Positions 24,651 to 38,240 of a stretch of DNA of 64,000 nt are shown piece by piece; position 1 is the stretch's first letter, and every line of letters starts with the position of its first letter. Made by a program: the position numbers and the translations under genes. The notes beneath the pieces were generated by a model. It had not been told where the DNA came from. It made no database searches and saw only the letters and a program-made list of their open reading frames with translations. The DNA is from Lytechinus pictus. Lineage: Eukaryota. The stretch is taken from positions 6,262,001 to 6,326,000 of the forward strand of contig NC_087246.1 of the NCBI RefSeq assembly GCF_037042905.1, read 5' to 3'.

Positions 24651-27600
24651 GTGTTTATTAAAATTGATAAAGAAAAAAATACTCGCTCACAGCTTGGTAA
24701 ATAATTTGTCAAATACGCCATATTCGCCCCCTCATAATTTTTGGCTTATTGCCCCACTGACGCATGTTTACAACAGCTTTTTTATCATGACATATTTATT
24801 TATATATCAAGACATTGCATTCACATTCAGCATTTGTATTTTCAGTAATTATGTGTCTTTGTCTAGATTTGTCCAAGTGTTTTTAATATTTGAAAATAAA
24901 GGCTATTATGTCTATAAAAAAAACTCCGATAAGTATCAAACAATATTAAGTTTTAAAACGTCATCAACAATAGGTAAAAACGGAGTATTCCATTTGCTTT
25001 TTTAAGCAAAATATGTTGAATTTATGTAATATTAATCTTAGACAGAGAGTCACCAAAATTACACACTCTGGAAAGTATAATCTTTCACCTAAAAACACAA
25101 TAATGTAATTAAATAGAGTTTGTCATTATCAACTTAAAGAAGGAACACATATCGTCCTGTGCTATATTTATTGATCAATAAATTAAAATTTACTATTGAA
25201 AGAAACTACATTTTAAATGTTCTGAATTGATATTAAACAAAAGTTCAGGGAAAAAATGAAAAAAGACAAAACTTCAAATCAGGTAGAACTTCTGTAAAGT
25301 TGACATCACCATGGATTTAGCTGCCAATGGTAATTTTGTTTTAACTCGTCGAAATTTCAGATTTATATAAGACTTTTTCAAAAAGCAAAGGAAAATTAAT
25401 TTTTATTACATGTCATTAGTTGTGTTTTAGGAGATGATATATCTAGACTGATAAACCCTCGCGTAGCCTTTTAAACCAGTTCTATAGTGATAAGGGGAAT
25501 CTGTATCTCTGCTACATCATCGACGTCAAATATCATTAGACAAGGTTTATTCGCACGTATGTTTAAACAAAGTAACAGCAAGCTTGTTTATATATATTAC
25601 ACAATTTCAGTTTATGTTACTTACCCAAAAAGGGTCCCCTTTTCCAAAAGAAAGGTTAAGGACTTGTCAGACTCACACTGTGGGGTAACAAAATTAAAGA
25701 ATGATAATTATTATACAATTCATATATCTGGGATGCAAGAAAATGGCAAGGCAATGCTTTGGATAAGAATTGAAAAAAAAAACAATCAAATACTATGAAA
25801 TAGAGCATGATCTAGTTCATACTGAGTTTTAAGAAGAGGATTACATGATCAATCAAAACGAAAACGCTTACCCATGTATGTTGAAATGTCATTCATAAGC
25901 TGATGTCGATAAACGCATTCAATACTTTCCATTTCACTTGATTAAGCTTTTGATTTATTTCGTAATAAGCATCAATTCTTAATAAAGCTTCACTCGTTTA
26001 TAATGATCAAACTGATATAAAACATCATGATGATTACCGAGTAATCTGAAATTAGTGGGAGTATTCTTGTGATAATGGAAAAAACCATGATTGGGATCGA
26101 GGAAATTAAGGATTTCGGGATAAATGTTTTCAATTTTTCCCGTCTGAATCAAATGACTGGATCAACAAGCATGGCAAACGTAAAAGAGTTGAAATAGTTT
26201 AATATTTTTACATTTGATCAAGTCATATTAGTCGCAACCCAGTTGTTGGATTAATATTTCAACATTTTCCATGATGACAAAATACTCCCAAATCCCAAAA
26301 CCAGGTCGGTACCAAGTTCCTGATCATTTCAATTAATTTACTATGATATTCCAATAGGTCCAAGTCGGTATCACATTTGGTCCCCTCTAATTATGCCAAC
26401 CGAAAAAAATTGATGAAGTGTTTTGACAACCACCCAAAAAAGAGAAAGGTTTACACTTGTATATACTTTCCACATAAATATGAAGATTCAAAACATATAA
26501 TGTATAGTGAAATATCATTTTAAGAATACCTAAAACATTTTCATATGAAAAAAAATATTTTGAATAGTATATTGTAGAATTATAAACTTCCTGCTGGAAT
26601 AAATAATACAAAACTTACCCTAAGATCGGAAGGGATGTTATAACAAGTGAAATCAGACAAGAATCAAACGAATCACAGGTAAGAAGTGAGAATTTTGTTT
26701 GACAGAGCTAAGTATAAATACTGGGGAAAATAAGGTGCACAGTAAGAGACACGCTAAAGTAACAGATCTATAATCAAGAGTGTCCTGTAAATCATTTCTG
26801 GTTTAGATGAAACGAAAAAGTGACTCAATAAAAAAGAAATGATTAAAACAATTGTAGAAAAGATGTCGTCATGTAATGCAAGAGACTGTAAGCCTTGGGA
26901 TTAAGTGATGTATAATTAATCAAAAGACGCCGTTTCACAATACCTCGACAAATTAGTAGATGGGCTCTTTTATTAATTGGGTAAAATCAGACGATTCAAT
27001 TAAGCAGTGACGCCTGCAACCTGAGGCAAGAAAGAGAGATTAATATAACTTTCCATTGCAGCGGTAAGTTTTTTTTAAGTCATGTGGTTTCCGCCCCTTT
27101 CATTCCAGTTTATCAATTTTTTCCTTTACTATACATGTTGTCTTCTTTATTCTATTAATTTCTTCAAACTTTTACTCGTACTGTTATTTTGAACGATATC
27201 TAATGTTATCTTCCATGAACGTTTTCTTCATTCTATTTTTTCACCGACCCCCCACCCCTCTCTTTACTTTTTCGTTCTCTGCCATCAATCCTATCTCCGT
27301 CATGTCTGTTGCATGTTCCTTATTTTCCCTGTCTTCTTATATTTTCTCAAACATAATAATGATGACTGGAACAGGCCTGCTGAAAAAGAACACAATTTAT
27401 CACGACTTATAGTGTGTTCACAGTGTGGACCTAAATCCAAACTGTTGGAATTCTCAGATTTAACATTGCGATTTTCATATCCACAGTTCACTATGTGAGC
27501 AAATAGTAAACACTGACATTTATAGGGTCTACTAAGTGAACGCACTGTGAATACACAGTGGGCTTTCCAGTATGGACATAAGCCATGCATTTTTTTTTCT

Positions 27601-28989
27601 CGGAGATTTTTGTCGGGCGAATCTAGGGGCGCATAGAGAGGGGCAAAGGGGTACAAGTAGGAGCCTCAAGAAGTACCTCCATGAGGCACAAAGCAAAACA
27701 AAAGTCATTAGAAAAAAATCAAAAAAAATAAAAGTTTCCATGTTGTGAACAACTAATGAAACATCGCGAAAATTGACAATCATTATGTAGGATGGGGTGA
27801 ATTTTTGTGCACTTGCCCCGGGCACTGTTTTCACCATTACGCCACTGTATATATGATCGAACTTTATATAGAGCTTAATATGTATAACAACCCAACGTAC
27901 TGAAGGTATAGGCTGATACAAAGGAGAATGAGCAAGAAGAACATGTAGCATGAAGGTAAACTATATTTAGAAAGTACGATACATGGATAGCATTTGTATA
28001 GGCCCTTTCATTCGATCGATAATGATTTCATTACGCAAAACCTTATTCAAATAATGAACGCAAAATATCACGCAATCTCTATCCGTTTTCGCTCCCCTCT
28101 CAAAACGAGTCAGTATTTAAAACAAAAAATGACGCACATACTGGGAGGGTAAATTTCCTTTTTAATAATAATCTTGAGTTCATTTGATCAAGACATCAAA
28201 GTAGATTGCCGTCAACTTAACCCAAGCGATTCATGCAAACACATTATCACTAACACTCAAAGCAAACAACTTGTAACCAAGTTATCATGGCTTCTTAATA
28301 TCCTATCGTCCAGACCAGTCGATTCGAGTTTACTGAGTGCAGCGTAACAGACCCATATCAGTGACTGAAAATTAATAAATTGCATTCTGTCAATAGGCTC
28401 TTCTCACATAAGAGCTAGATATTGACGAGATTAGGTTGCTTTATTGACCAACTTTAGCCTCGGTCAATCGACTATACTGATCAGAGTAGTGCCCATCATA
28501 GTTTGGGTCACTTGATTATAATTTGCCTAATTAAGGGGTGGTCTGAATTTTATTGCTTGATACGTAGTCACCAACACTCCTATCCAAGGCTCATTCCTGT
28601 ATGCTTTGCGGATATACATGTACATACACACGTATGCAGATAGAAATAACATTTGAAGGTTTTAGATATTAGGCTACATATTATTCAAAAGTGAACGTCG
28701 ATGGGACTCTTATTGACAAAACCTAAGAACAATGTGGCATCTCTGGTCGATTAAACACCCTGGGCCAAAGGGGAAATTAGTTAAATGGTATTCTACGCTT
28801 TCATTCTAATGATAACTTAAAAAAAAACAAAAAAGTAAGTGCTGCAGTCCGTGAAGCAAGGGAGTTACTATTATTTGTTGTTTTTAAAGTCGAAATTCTG
28901 GTGTGATGATGTAATTTTTGTTATTACCTAAATTGGTAGTTTGTTAAAATAAATGTTTTACGTTTGAAGGGGAGCAAGCTCCACTGCCA

Positions 28990-29140
28990 TCGTATGACCT
29001 CTCCACTACACTGCAGAGAGGTTCAGACTCGAACGTCAATCAGTTTTTAACCAAAGGGCACTAGCGCCAAACCTCTCTATGCCTCCGGGTTTTGACTTGG
29101 TTTTTGAACCTATAACTTGCTAGATAGGCCATTAGACCAT
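28990..29140 (-). mobile_element. Possible highly decayed tRNA-derived SINE head
   Basis: Minus strand has A-box-like TGGTCTAATGG, B-box-like GGTTCAAAAACC and downstream GTGCCCTTTGG. Confidence 0.3.
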
Positions 29141-29589
29141 AGTTCCAATCCCATTTCCCTGGTTTCATCATAATGGTCACGTCAAATAAGCGAGCTCTTA
29201 CGCAGAACACACAGTTTAAACATGTTTGATGTATTAAGTTGAATTTTTACCAAGGTGGATTAGGTCAAAGCGTAATGGTGTATTGTAGATTGATTATTTT
29301 ACAATGGCTAATCTTAAATGATAAAAAAATAGATAGCAATAGTCAGTATATATTAGATTGTACGAAGTCATCTGTTTAAACTAGTGAAAACTGACTGAGA
29401 AAAAAAAATGATTTCGCTATTTTTCAGAGCTTTGAATTATGGTAATTACGTCATTTTTGTAGTTACCATGGAAGGACTGGCTCAGCAGCCAATCAAAATC
29501 AAGTTTACCATCGAAGTTTTACCATAAAAGTAAAGTTGCCATTTCTAATGAACCGAGGCACAGATCTATGTAGTTTTCATAACATTTAC

Positions 29590-31995
29590 ATTTATCTAAG
29601 CAAATAATTTATTTTGTGGCTTCTCCACTTTCACATATTTTCAATTCATCTATCGCAAATGGAATTTTCCCGGATCAACGTATAATTGCAAAAATAATTC
29701 CCATATATAAAAAAGAAGACCCTTGCCAAATCGTGAACGAGCGCCCTATTTCATTATTACCAAGCATATCTAAAATACTTGAAAAAATATTTTACAAACG
29801 ACTATATTATTTTATGGACACAAATAAATAATTAATTCCCAATCAATACGATTTAGTACAAATCACTCAACTGACTATGCAATTTTACAAGTAAACGACA
29901 AAATAACAGATTCACTTAAAAAAGAGCACACTGTAGAGGTTTTCATGGATCTATCGAACGTATTCGATACTATCGATCATCATATATTATTGCGTAAATT
30001 AAAAACATATGGAATCGGAGGAATTGTTTTATCATGGTTCAAAGATTATCTATACAACAGATATCAATATGTTTACTTTAACTCTTAATCTTCTGAAGTT
30101 TGTAATGAAAAGTGTGCAGTACCACAGGGTTCTATCCAAGGTCCTTTGTTATTATGAATTTATATGAATGATATAACAATTGCTACACCCTTACCTACAT
30201 TATGTTTTCTTCGCAGATGATACCAATGTATTTTTTCACACAGTAACTTAGACATGCTTGTACCAGTACTCAATAATGAATTAAATACATTTTCCATGTG
30301 GCTTAAATAAAAAAGCTTTCCTTAAACATTGAACAAAAAAAATTTCATGTACTTTAAACACATAAATTATAAGCATATATTTCGAGGTTCCGTTAACATT
30401 GATACATTCATCTTGCTGAAACAAAAGAAACGAAATTCTTAGGTGTATTAATTGACTCTAATTTAACTTGGAATAGCCACATTCGTTATGTTTAATAGCA
30501 ACACGCCTTAACACTAGTTGCCAGATGTATTGGTATACTATTTAAACTGAAATATTGTCTTTCCCAAAGATCACTATTTATGCTGTACAATTATTTTATT
30601 TTGTCACAAATATCATATTGCAATATATTGTTGGGGTAATAGAAACAAAACGAAAATAGACTCAATTCTGCGCTCCCTAAAGAAACCACTTCGCATTTGT
30701 TCCCACTCACTTGTTTTTAGTACATACTGATCCTATTTTTCGGAACCTTAAAACATTGAAAATTCATGACATTCATACTTTCCAAACTGCCATTATGTAC
30801 AACTTCTCAACCAAATCTATACCTTTTCAAGATATTTTGTTTACAACAGCAATATTTATATAATATTGACTGGCCTAGAGGGGAACATCAAATATGTCGC
30901 CCGCAACAGAATCATACTGGCCCGAGTCTTTAGACGAGGGCAATATGGTTCTTTTAAGGGCGACATATTTGATGTTTCCCGAAAGAAGAGCCAGTCAATA
31001 TTATTATTATTACCCAAGGCTGTACAATGTGTAATTCAAGCTACTATTTGGAACAATATTTTTATGCCTGTTTGCTTATCACTACTTTTGATTTCAGGTT
31101 ATTCACGACCTTAGAGAATTAACCCCTAATAAGCAATTGTGACGTAATTGTCATCTTGCAGTCGCGCATCATGCATGGCGCGCACCTACACTCAACACGT
31201 AGAAATCTTGCGCTTGTTCATAAAATTGTTTCCAGCCAGATTTCTGAAATACTGAAATTAGCGATCGAAATCGGCTCCTACTGCGCAAGCGCACTAACAG
31301 AAATATGGCCAATATTGCCCTCTATTTTGTACAGGATTTCTATGGGCAAAGCCCGGGGAGGGCAACATGGCAAATGTTTACCTCGTTGGTCTTGGATTGA
31401 AAGTAGCGAGCGAAATATGATTTTTATTCATCTCCTAGAATGCCTTGTATAGGTAATAATCATTCATGTCCTACACGCCACTCATCAAACATTCACCTAC
31501 AAACCTGAACACAATATTAGCTCACAAAAAGACCAGACATCACGGCCCAGACATTTTGAATGACTTGCCCAATTATATTAAACTCACTGCATCTATTTTT
31601 CTTCAAAGCTTCATTTTAAAAATGTACTTTATCCAAGTATTCTTAATATCTCACCTGCACATTCACCCACTTTCACATACACGCACATTTCTTCATTTTG
31701 TTCCTATTTCTCCTTTACTGATGATTTGTGACATCAGATTTTTCTTCCAGACCTATGCAACATAATTGGTTTCCATGTAGCCCTTTTCCCTTTTGGCTGC
31801 TATTACTCAAGCATTTATTTTGCTTATATAGTTTGTCACTGCATTGATTTTTCACTACTTTGTCTTATTCTTAAATTGTATTTATGTCAAAAATTTGTTA
31901 TTACTCTGTTATAAATTTGTCCCATTGCAATGTACTTTAATGTCATACTACGATTATGTTTATGTATTGTAAATTTATTTTGGCTTTACAATAAA
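29590..31995 (+). pseudogene. 5'-truncated CR1-clade LINE fossil (reverse transcriptase, stops and frameshifts)
   Basis: Translated motifs GIFPD, RPISLLPSISKILEK, VFMDLSNVFDTIDH (~29940), AVPQGSIQGP (~30116), FADDT (~30210), KFLGVLID (~30433); T-rich 3' UTR ending AATAAA (31990-31995). Confidence 0.92.
30857..31460 (-). mobile_element. Hairpin-ended non-autonomous element (family F, Crypton-like) inserted in the LINE
   Basis: ~145-bp terminal hairpin ATAATATTGACTGGC / GCCAGTCAATATTAT (30860-31004); far end GCCTTGTATAGGTAATAAT is inverted to ATTATTACCCAAGGC beside the hairpin; no TSD. Confidence 0.75.
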
Positions 31996-32877
31996 TGCAG
32001 ACACTCCTTCCAAAAAAAAAAATGGTAGTCATATTATTGAGTCCATCGTTAGACTACGCTTTATACCAGGATTTCAATTAGTAGGCCATAACTTTTGCTA
32101 ACTGCTGAAATGGATATCATATACCTATACTAATATCTCCTGTTTACGATGTACATGATGTATGTGATTCATAGCAATGTGAAAGGGACATATAACTATT
32201 AAATGTAAACATGTAAACGCCTTTTGCTATTGTTAGTCTGTATACATTACGTGACTAAAGTTGCTTGAAACGTTGTTATCTAACCCCTTTTTCACTCTGA
32301 CGATACCATCATTTATGACGTCATAACATCGTTCAACCAATGACGTAGCATTTAATGGAAAACCTAATAGATGTATTCCTCTTGTTTACTATAACAAATG
32401 CCAAATGCCAATTCGCAACTAAAATTGGATACGATAGTGCAGTTTGATTGAATTTGATCTCGAGATTGGACATGAACTAAACGATATTGCTATGGTACAC
32501 AATGGGAGTGCTATACGTGGAATTGATGGCTATTTGGTTTAAAATTCAAGTTTTCCAGTATTATTTGGCTTATCATAATTTTTTATCAACCGGTTACGAA
32601 AATGCCGTATCTTATCTGTAGCCTGTTGTGTTTGTATCGCCGTAAACTAAGCGTGACAAGTTTAATACACCATCCATTGTATTAATAACATACTAATTCT
32701 CATATCATTACATTCCTATCATCATTAATGCCTCTCTGCATCGAATACTCCTCGACACCCTTGTCTGTCAAAACTGATGAGCAACTGTAAATTAACGACC
32801 TATGAGGGTTAAGCACGAGGGGGCTGCCAAGCACACCACCCTTCGTCGTGTTTTGTCTTATATCATTTTCATGAGGA

Positions 32878-33290
32878 ATGATCATCACCATCATCATCAT
32901 CATTATCATCATCAATCATCATAATTATTAATCATCATCAACATCAGCATCATCATCATCATAATCATCGATCGTCACAATTATTAATCATCAACATCAT
33001 CATCATCATTTTCATCATTATCATTATCATCATAATACTCATGATCATCATCATGATAATCATCAACATCAACATCACCATCATCATCATCATCAGCATC
33101 ATCATCATCATCATCATCATGATTATCATGATCATGATGATCATCATCATCGATCGTCACAATTATTAATCATCATCACCATCACCATCATCGTAATCAT
33201 AATCATGATCATCATCATAATCATCGTCATCGTCGTCGTCGTCATCATTATTGTCATTGTCGTCGATAATCATCAACATCATCATCATCA
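32878..33290. repeat. (CAT)n microsatellite with higher-order units
   Basis: Long CAT/CAC/CGT array; CATCGATCGTCACAATTATTAATCATCA at ~32966 and ~33148. Explains the poly-Met/poly-Asp ORFs. Confidence 0.92.
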
Positions 33291-34206
33291 CAGGTGTCAT
33301 CTGCGTGTCGACAAGAAACATGTTTTGATCACCATCATAACTATCTATTTGTTTTCGAAATAGTTTCCCTTGAGTTTTAGGTTTCATGAAATAAAATGTC
33401 ATATTGCAATTCTGTTTCTAGGACCCGAATAAAAAAATCCTTTTGTTTATTTGAAAGCTAACCTTTCTGTATGACATTGACAGCCCACCTTGTATAGATT
33501 CCCGTTTAACTACCCTTGTCATTCATGACGTAGACCTAATATATTGCTGCATTATTTACCTCCCAATACCTGTAATAAGGAACCCTATCAGAGGTATTAA
33601 TCACCCATAATCCATAGCAGCATATACTATAAATAACTCGCACGCTATTCCCACAGGAGCATGTTCTACTTTCCTGCTTTAAATTTTGACTACTATTTCA
33701 TATAATGTCTATTAAAATTTCTTTCTTTATCGCATGCTCTTTCCAAATTACCTTACTGAAACAGTAAAATTTGTTGTGTTTTTAAATACATTTTCAAGCT
33801 ACAAGCAACAATATCAAATAATGGAAATGTTTTATTTGTTTATGATATACTTGATAAGTCAAAGCTTTTTGCCATACATCTTAATAAGCTATTTTCAAGA
33901 TCAGCTTAATCACATATATAATATGAATAAAAAAATTGACCACTTATTTGACAAAATTTTCAAATAAATAAGAATAATGTAAGTATGTAATCGTACCTAA
34001 AAAAGTGCAATAGCTAAAGTAAAATTTATCTGTTTCAATAAAATTTTTGTTGGAACCACTGGGATTCTACTGCTTTCCGAGTAGCGACTTCACCACCAGG
34101 CTATTCTGGTTCACGGCTAAGCCACGATGAACTGGAATTCAAATACCCTCGATCTTCTTTTTTCTTACTCATGAATATGCAATTCGATCTTAAACAAATC
34201 GGAGTA

Positions 34207-34288
34207 ATGCCGAAAATTTGTTAAATAATTATAATTTCGTCCTTTTAATGCCGACATTTGTTAACAAATTGTAATTTCCTCCTATTAA
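34207..34288 (+). repeat. Two-copy ~41-bp tandem duplication
   Basis: AATGCCGA.AATTTGTTAA..AATT.TAATTTC.TCCT.TTAA repeated twice. Confidence 0.7.
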
Positions 34289-34289
34289 A

Positions 34290-34481
34290 AGGCCTTTCCA
34301 CACCTGAATCTTGAATCATCATTGTAATGATGATTGCTATTGTAATCGTGACTGTGATTAGCGTTCGTGATTCTAATAATGTTCTAGTTTGGTTTCACAC
34401 GTGCTAAATGTTCGTCATTAGCCTTATTTTTCACTGGAATCATCATTCAAATTGCGATTTTTTTTTGCCGTGTGAAAGGGT
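34290..34481. mobile_element. Small Harbinger-like MITE relic
   Basis: AGGCCTTTCCACAC ... GTGTGAAAGGGT termini, similar in style to the family A TIR; internal GATT/AATC repeats. Confidence 0.5.
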
Positions 34482-34778
34482 GGAAGGCCTCTTTATTTAC
34501 TAAAGTTTTAGTTGTTAGACATACAGTAGATCCCGTGCAAAACAATACCGAATAACATCTCTGACAAAAATGTGATATTCATAGAGGTCTTATTTTTACG
34601 TAACATTCGATATTAAGTGCTACTCTTAATAGCTTGATAGATATAGCTGTTGGACCTAACATTGAATCAAAAAGTGGAGGGATTTCGAGTGTGTCTATCT
34701 GTTTTAATATTTGCTAATCGATTGATAAAGAGTTTGAGCAGGGAAGTGAGCAACGTTGCTATACGGCTACTGCCTAAA

Positions 34779-34818
<40 letters not shown>

Positions 34819-37800
34819 CTGAAAATTGTATATAAAATAAAAGGTACCATTTTATGTTTACAAAATTCAATGTTATCTAAAATAACAGGCGATACAAAAC
34901 ATTCCCGATCTAAAACTTCTATTGAGCTAATGTTGATGGGTATAACCTTTTATCTACTTCGACACCAAATGAAAAACTATATCATTGTATCTGTCTTAGG
35001 GTTAACTACATGGCCTCTGTTTTTACTAAACCACGGTCTCCGATGCCAAATAATGTTAGCCTCATGATCTCGTATCATTATATGGTCCAGAAAAAGGGAC
35101 AGGGAGATGGGGGAGTAGCTATAGGGAGAGTCATCCCGATCGAATGGCGTGCGAAAATTGAAAGTTAACGAATAGTAAAAAGTATATATCATTCTGTAAT
35201 TTTGTAACATCTTTATTCTTATTATTTTTTATATTTTATTGAGAATGTAAATAAACTGAATTTATTACAAATTTGCATCGTCTATGTCAGCAAAATCCAA
35301 ACTGCGCACGTAATGCCCCCGCTATCTCGTAAATACATGATCAGGGGTACATACTTTCTATCAAATACTAATCTTGGTGAAATGTCAGGACCGAAAGTAC
35401 ATGGCAAGACGCAAACAAGGATTACCTTCCTATTTCCCAAAACACTTTCTATCAAGGTTACTACTTGATCAACTTTAATGAGCCCAATGATACAAGTCTG
35501 AGAGGATAGAGTCATTGAACTTTATGCTATATTATGCCACTGTCAAGGAAAAAAACAACACGAGCATAATCACGATGATAGTAGGGTAATTTTCGAAGAA
35601 ACCTACAATGCGCTTTTATATAATTATGTTTGAATTCGAACTCAACAACGTCGCCTTTGGCAGGGTTGATATTGCAGAAAGAAATCAACCATTTGATATG
35701 ATTTCATCATCCTCAAACAAACACATTCTTATCAAAAGAGTTCAACCAGAAAATGACTTGATATGCCTTTGCTAAATGACATAGAGATCAAATGAAATAG
35801 TGCTTGGTCGTGGTTTAATCATTTTCATAAAGTTGCCACCAGTCAACAAACTACAGTAAATTATGATTGCAAATATAAAAATAACGAGGTCAATTAGATG
35901 CATCTATTTTATAAATATAATATAACAGGCAATTTAGTTTAGTTTTAAGCTTTCGTGATATAAAAATAGCAGAAAATTTAGTTTAGAGTATTAAGAATTT
36001 TAAAAAATATGGAAGAGTGCAATTACAAATGTATAGTATTGTAAATAAAAGATAAACTATTTGGTTATGTATTCCATTATTGGGAGGGTTGTCGAATAGA
36101 ACCTGTTGTCCGGTTCGTATTTTCCACTTTAAAAACTTCGATGTTTATTGTCCTCAGAAAATCTTAGAAAATTTTAGAATCAGTTAATACAAAATTAAAT
36201 TGTTATAGAGTAATTACAATTTTAGCTGAAAACAATACGCTCTAAAATGAACCCAGTATATAATAATGAAATCCTGAATTGTATGATTTCCAGGTATATC
36301 TATTCACCGAATAATGGCAATTCCTATATTTCTATAAAATAAAAGAAACAACATTGTAAAATCTATGCCCTTATTTTGAGAAACTGCACAAAGGGACATA
36401 ATGCTCGTAAGTCTGTCTTTACTTTAAAATGTCTTTTACAGACATTTGATGCGAGTGGCGTTTATCATTTGGTGTTGTGTTCTGTGTGAGGATGGGGAAA
36501 ACAAACTGTTCGAGCAAATAAAAGCCATCCAAGATTTATTTTCCAGTCCGTCTTTCCTTCTCAGGAAAACTGGACTCTTCGGTTCTTAGAAGATTGAAAT
36601 CGTCATGTCTTCCTTCATAAGAAGAAGGTCATGGCTCGTTGAGGCTTTTCAAAATCCAGTGGCTTACAGTGGGTCACGGCATAGGGGGGGGGCAGCAAAA
36701 ATTTTGAGTCACTTAGTTGGCGCGCGAAGCGCGCTCATTAGCAAGGCAGGTTAAGGACTATGCTCGATATGTATTTTTTGCCAACCGAAGGGGGTGTATT
36801 TTGTTTCTTTAACAATTATTATTGTTGATTATATGGATAATGTATACCTTCATTTATTCGTTTCTATCGCATCAATATGAAACTATGCCTTCATTCCGAA
36901 TGGTCCCAACATGATGTATTCTAATGTAGAATCAAAGCATTTCAGTTTTTCAGTAACAACTACCATCAATTTGTTTTAATACCGCTGAAGATACCATTCA
37001 AAGCTCTTCACTGGAATAGTTTTTTTTTTTTACCAGATAATGAAACATTGTTATTGATTAGATTTTGTTTTCAAGTCTCCAATATCCCAATAACTCTTCC
37101 ATTTTTACCCCCTAAAATTCGGAAATGTACCTATTCTCTTTAAAGTGTTCAGGGTGAAATACGAGATATTCACATGTAAAAACTATATACTATATTTTAT
37201 ATAATGTGTGACGTTTTCTCTAATTCACAAATTCCCTGTACATCATGTGTGGTTAATCAAGTTGGCCCCCTCTCATTCTTCCCCGCTCTTTTCCTTCAAA
37301 CCCGAAGCCATCCCAGGCCAGATTCTTTTCTTTCACCAGGTCTGTTCTCCACTCGACATATTTTTTTTTTGCAACAGTCCTAATTTTGCGGATTACAACC
37401 TTTTAATTGCATCACGGCAACTAAACACTCCATATTCATGTGTATTAATATACTGTTTTACCTTCCGGCTGGCTTTTGGAGAGCAATCACGTCTATTAAT
37501 TGAGTTTCTGGACCATTTCTTTTCTACAGGATTCATTTTATATGTCGATGCTAGCGGGAAGGGCATTTTGAGTTGAACTGTAGATAGCTTGGCACTCGGG
37601 TCAAAGTACTTTACTTCTGAACTTTCTTTCAAACTATTTTGGCTGAAGTTCACTATTTGATTGTATCAAGATGTTTTCGCTGGACGTGTTACTCATCTGA
37701 AAGGATCTGAATTTATCGATCCACTCTACCTTTTTTTTTATTAATACGTGCACATATTCCTCTTTTTTGTAAAAAAAATCAACAGCTTTATTTACGATTC

Positions 37801-38001
37801 GGTTTAACAAAAGTGACATTCGGGTTGACTTCATCTGTGCAGAATGCAATGCTCTGAATTTTCAAAAATTTGAAATGTATTAGCTCCAATCTGAAATTCT
37901 GAAATGCAAATTAATGTATCACAAACTGTAGGTTTGACGTCAGACTGGTAGAAAGGTAATTATTGACCACACCTTTTATATGAGCAAATTGAGCCTTTCC
38001 A

Positions 38002-38240
38002 GGTCGTGTGGTCCAGTGGTTAGAGCATTGGACTCATAATCGCAAGGTTGTGAGTTCGAATTCCAACTCTGCCATTGTCTCCACTTTAATAAAAAGGCCC
38101 AAGAGTGATATCTGTCGTCTATTACGTCAGCCACTATGACTGATTAACCTAGACGTAAAATGTTTCTAAGCTAGTAATTGGTTATATACCAGCTTGGCGT
38201 TTACCAGCAAAAAATGCTGTCCTGCCGAGTTCATACGGGA
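38002..38240 (+). mobile_element. tRNA-derived SINE (head resembles tRNA-Met, CAT loop)
   Basis: A box TGGTCCAGTGG, B box GAGTTCGAATTCC, loop CTCATAA; acceptor and anticodon stems do not pair fully, so not a functional tRNA. 3' boundary approximate. Confidence 0.65.

Larger units (their letters stand above)
23384..24759. mobile_element. hAT-type MITE hosting nested insertions
   Basis: Termini CACTGGCGTAC / TTGCCCCACTG; 8-bp TSD ACGTATGT (23376-23383) vs ACGCATGT (24760-24767). Confidence 0.7.

Noticed and set aside
28550-28567. TTATTGCTTGATACGTAG resembling miR-137
   Set aside because: Several central bases are missing and there is no complementary 5' arm for a precursor hairpin.
32700-33402. 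Poly-Met and poly-Asp ORFs
   Set aside because: Translation of the (CAT)n microsatellite.
36430-37870. Possible decayed coding fossil on the minus strand
   Set aside because: Short open stretches but no motif I can assign; needs tBLASTx/HMM search.
38002-38074. Functional tRNA-Met gene
   Set aside because: Acceptor and anticodon stems are mismatched; treated as a SINE head.
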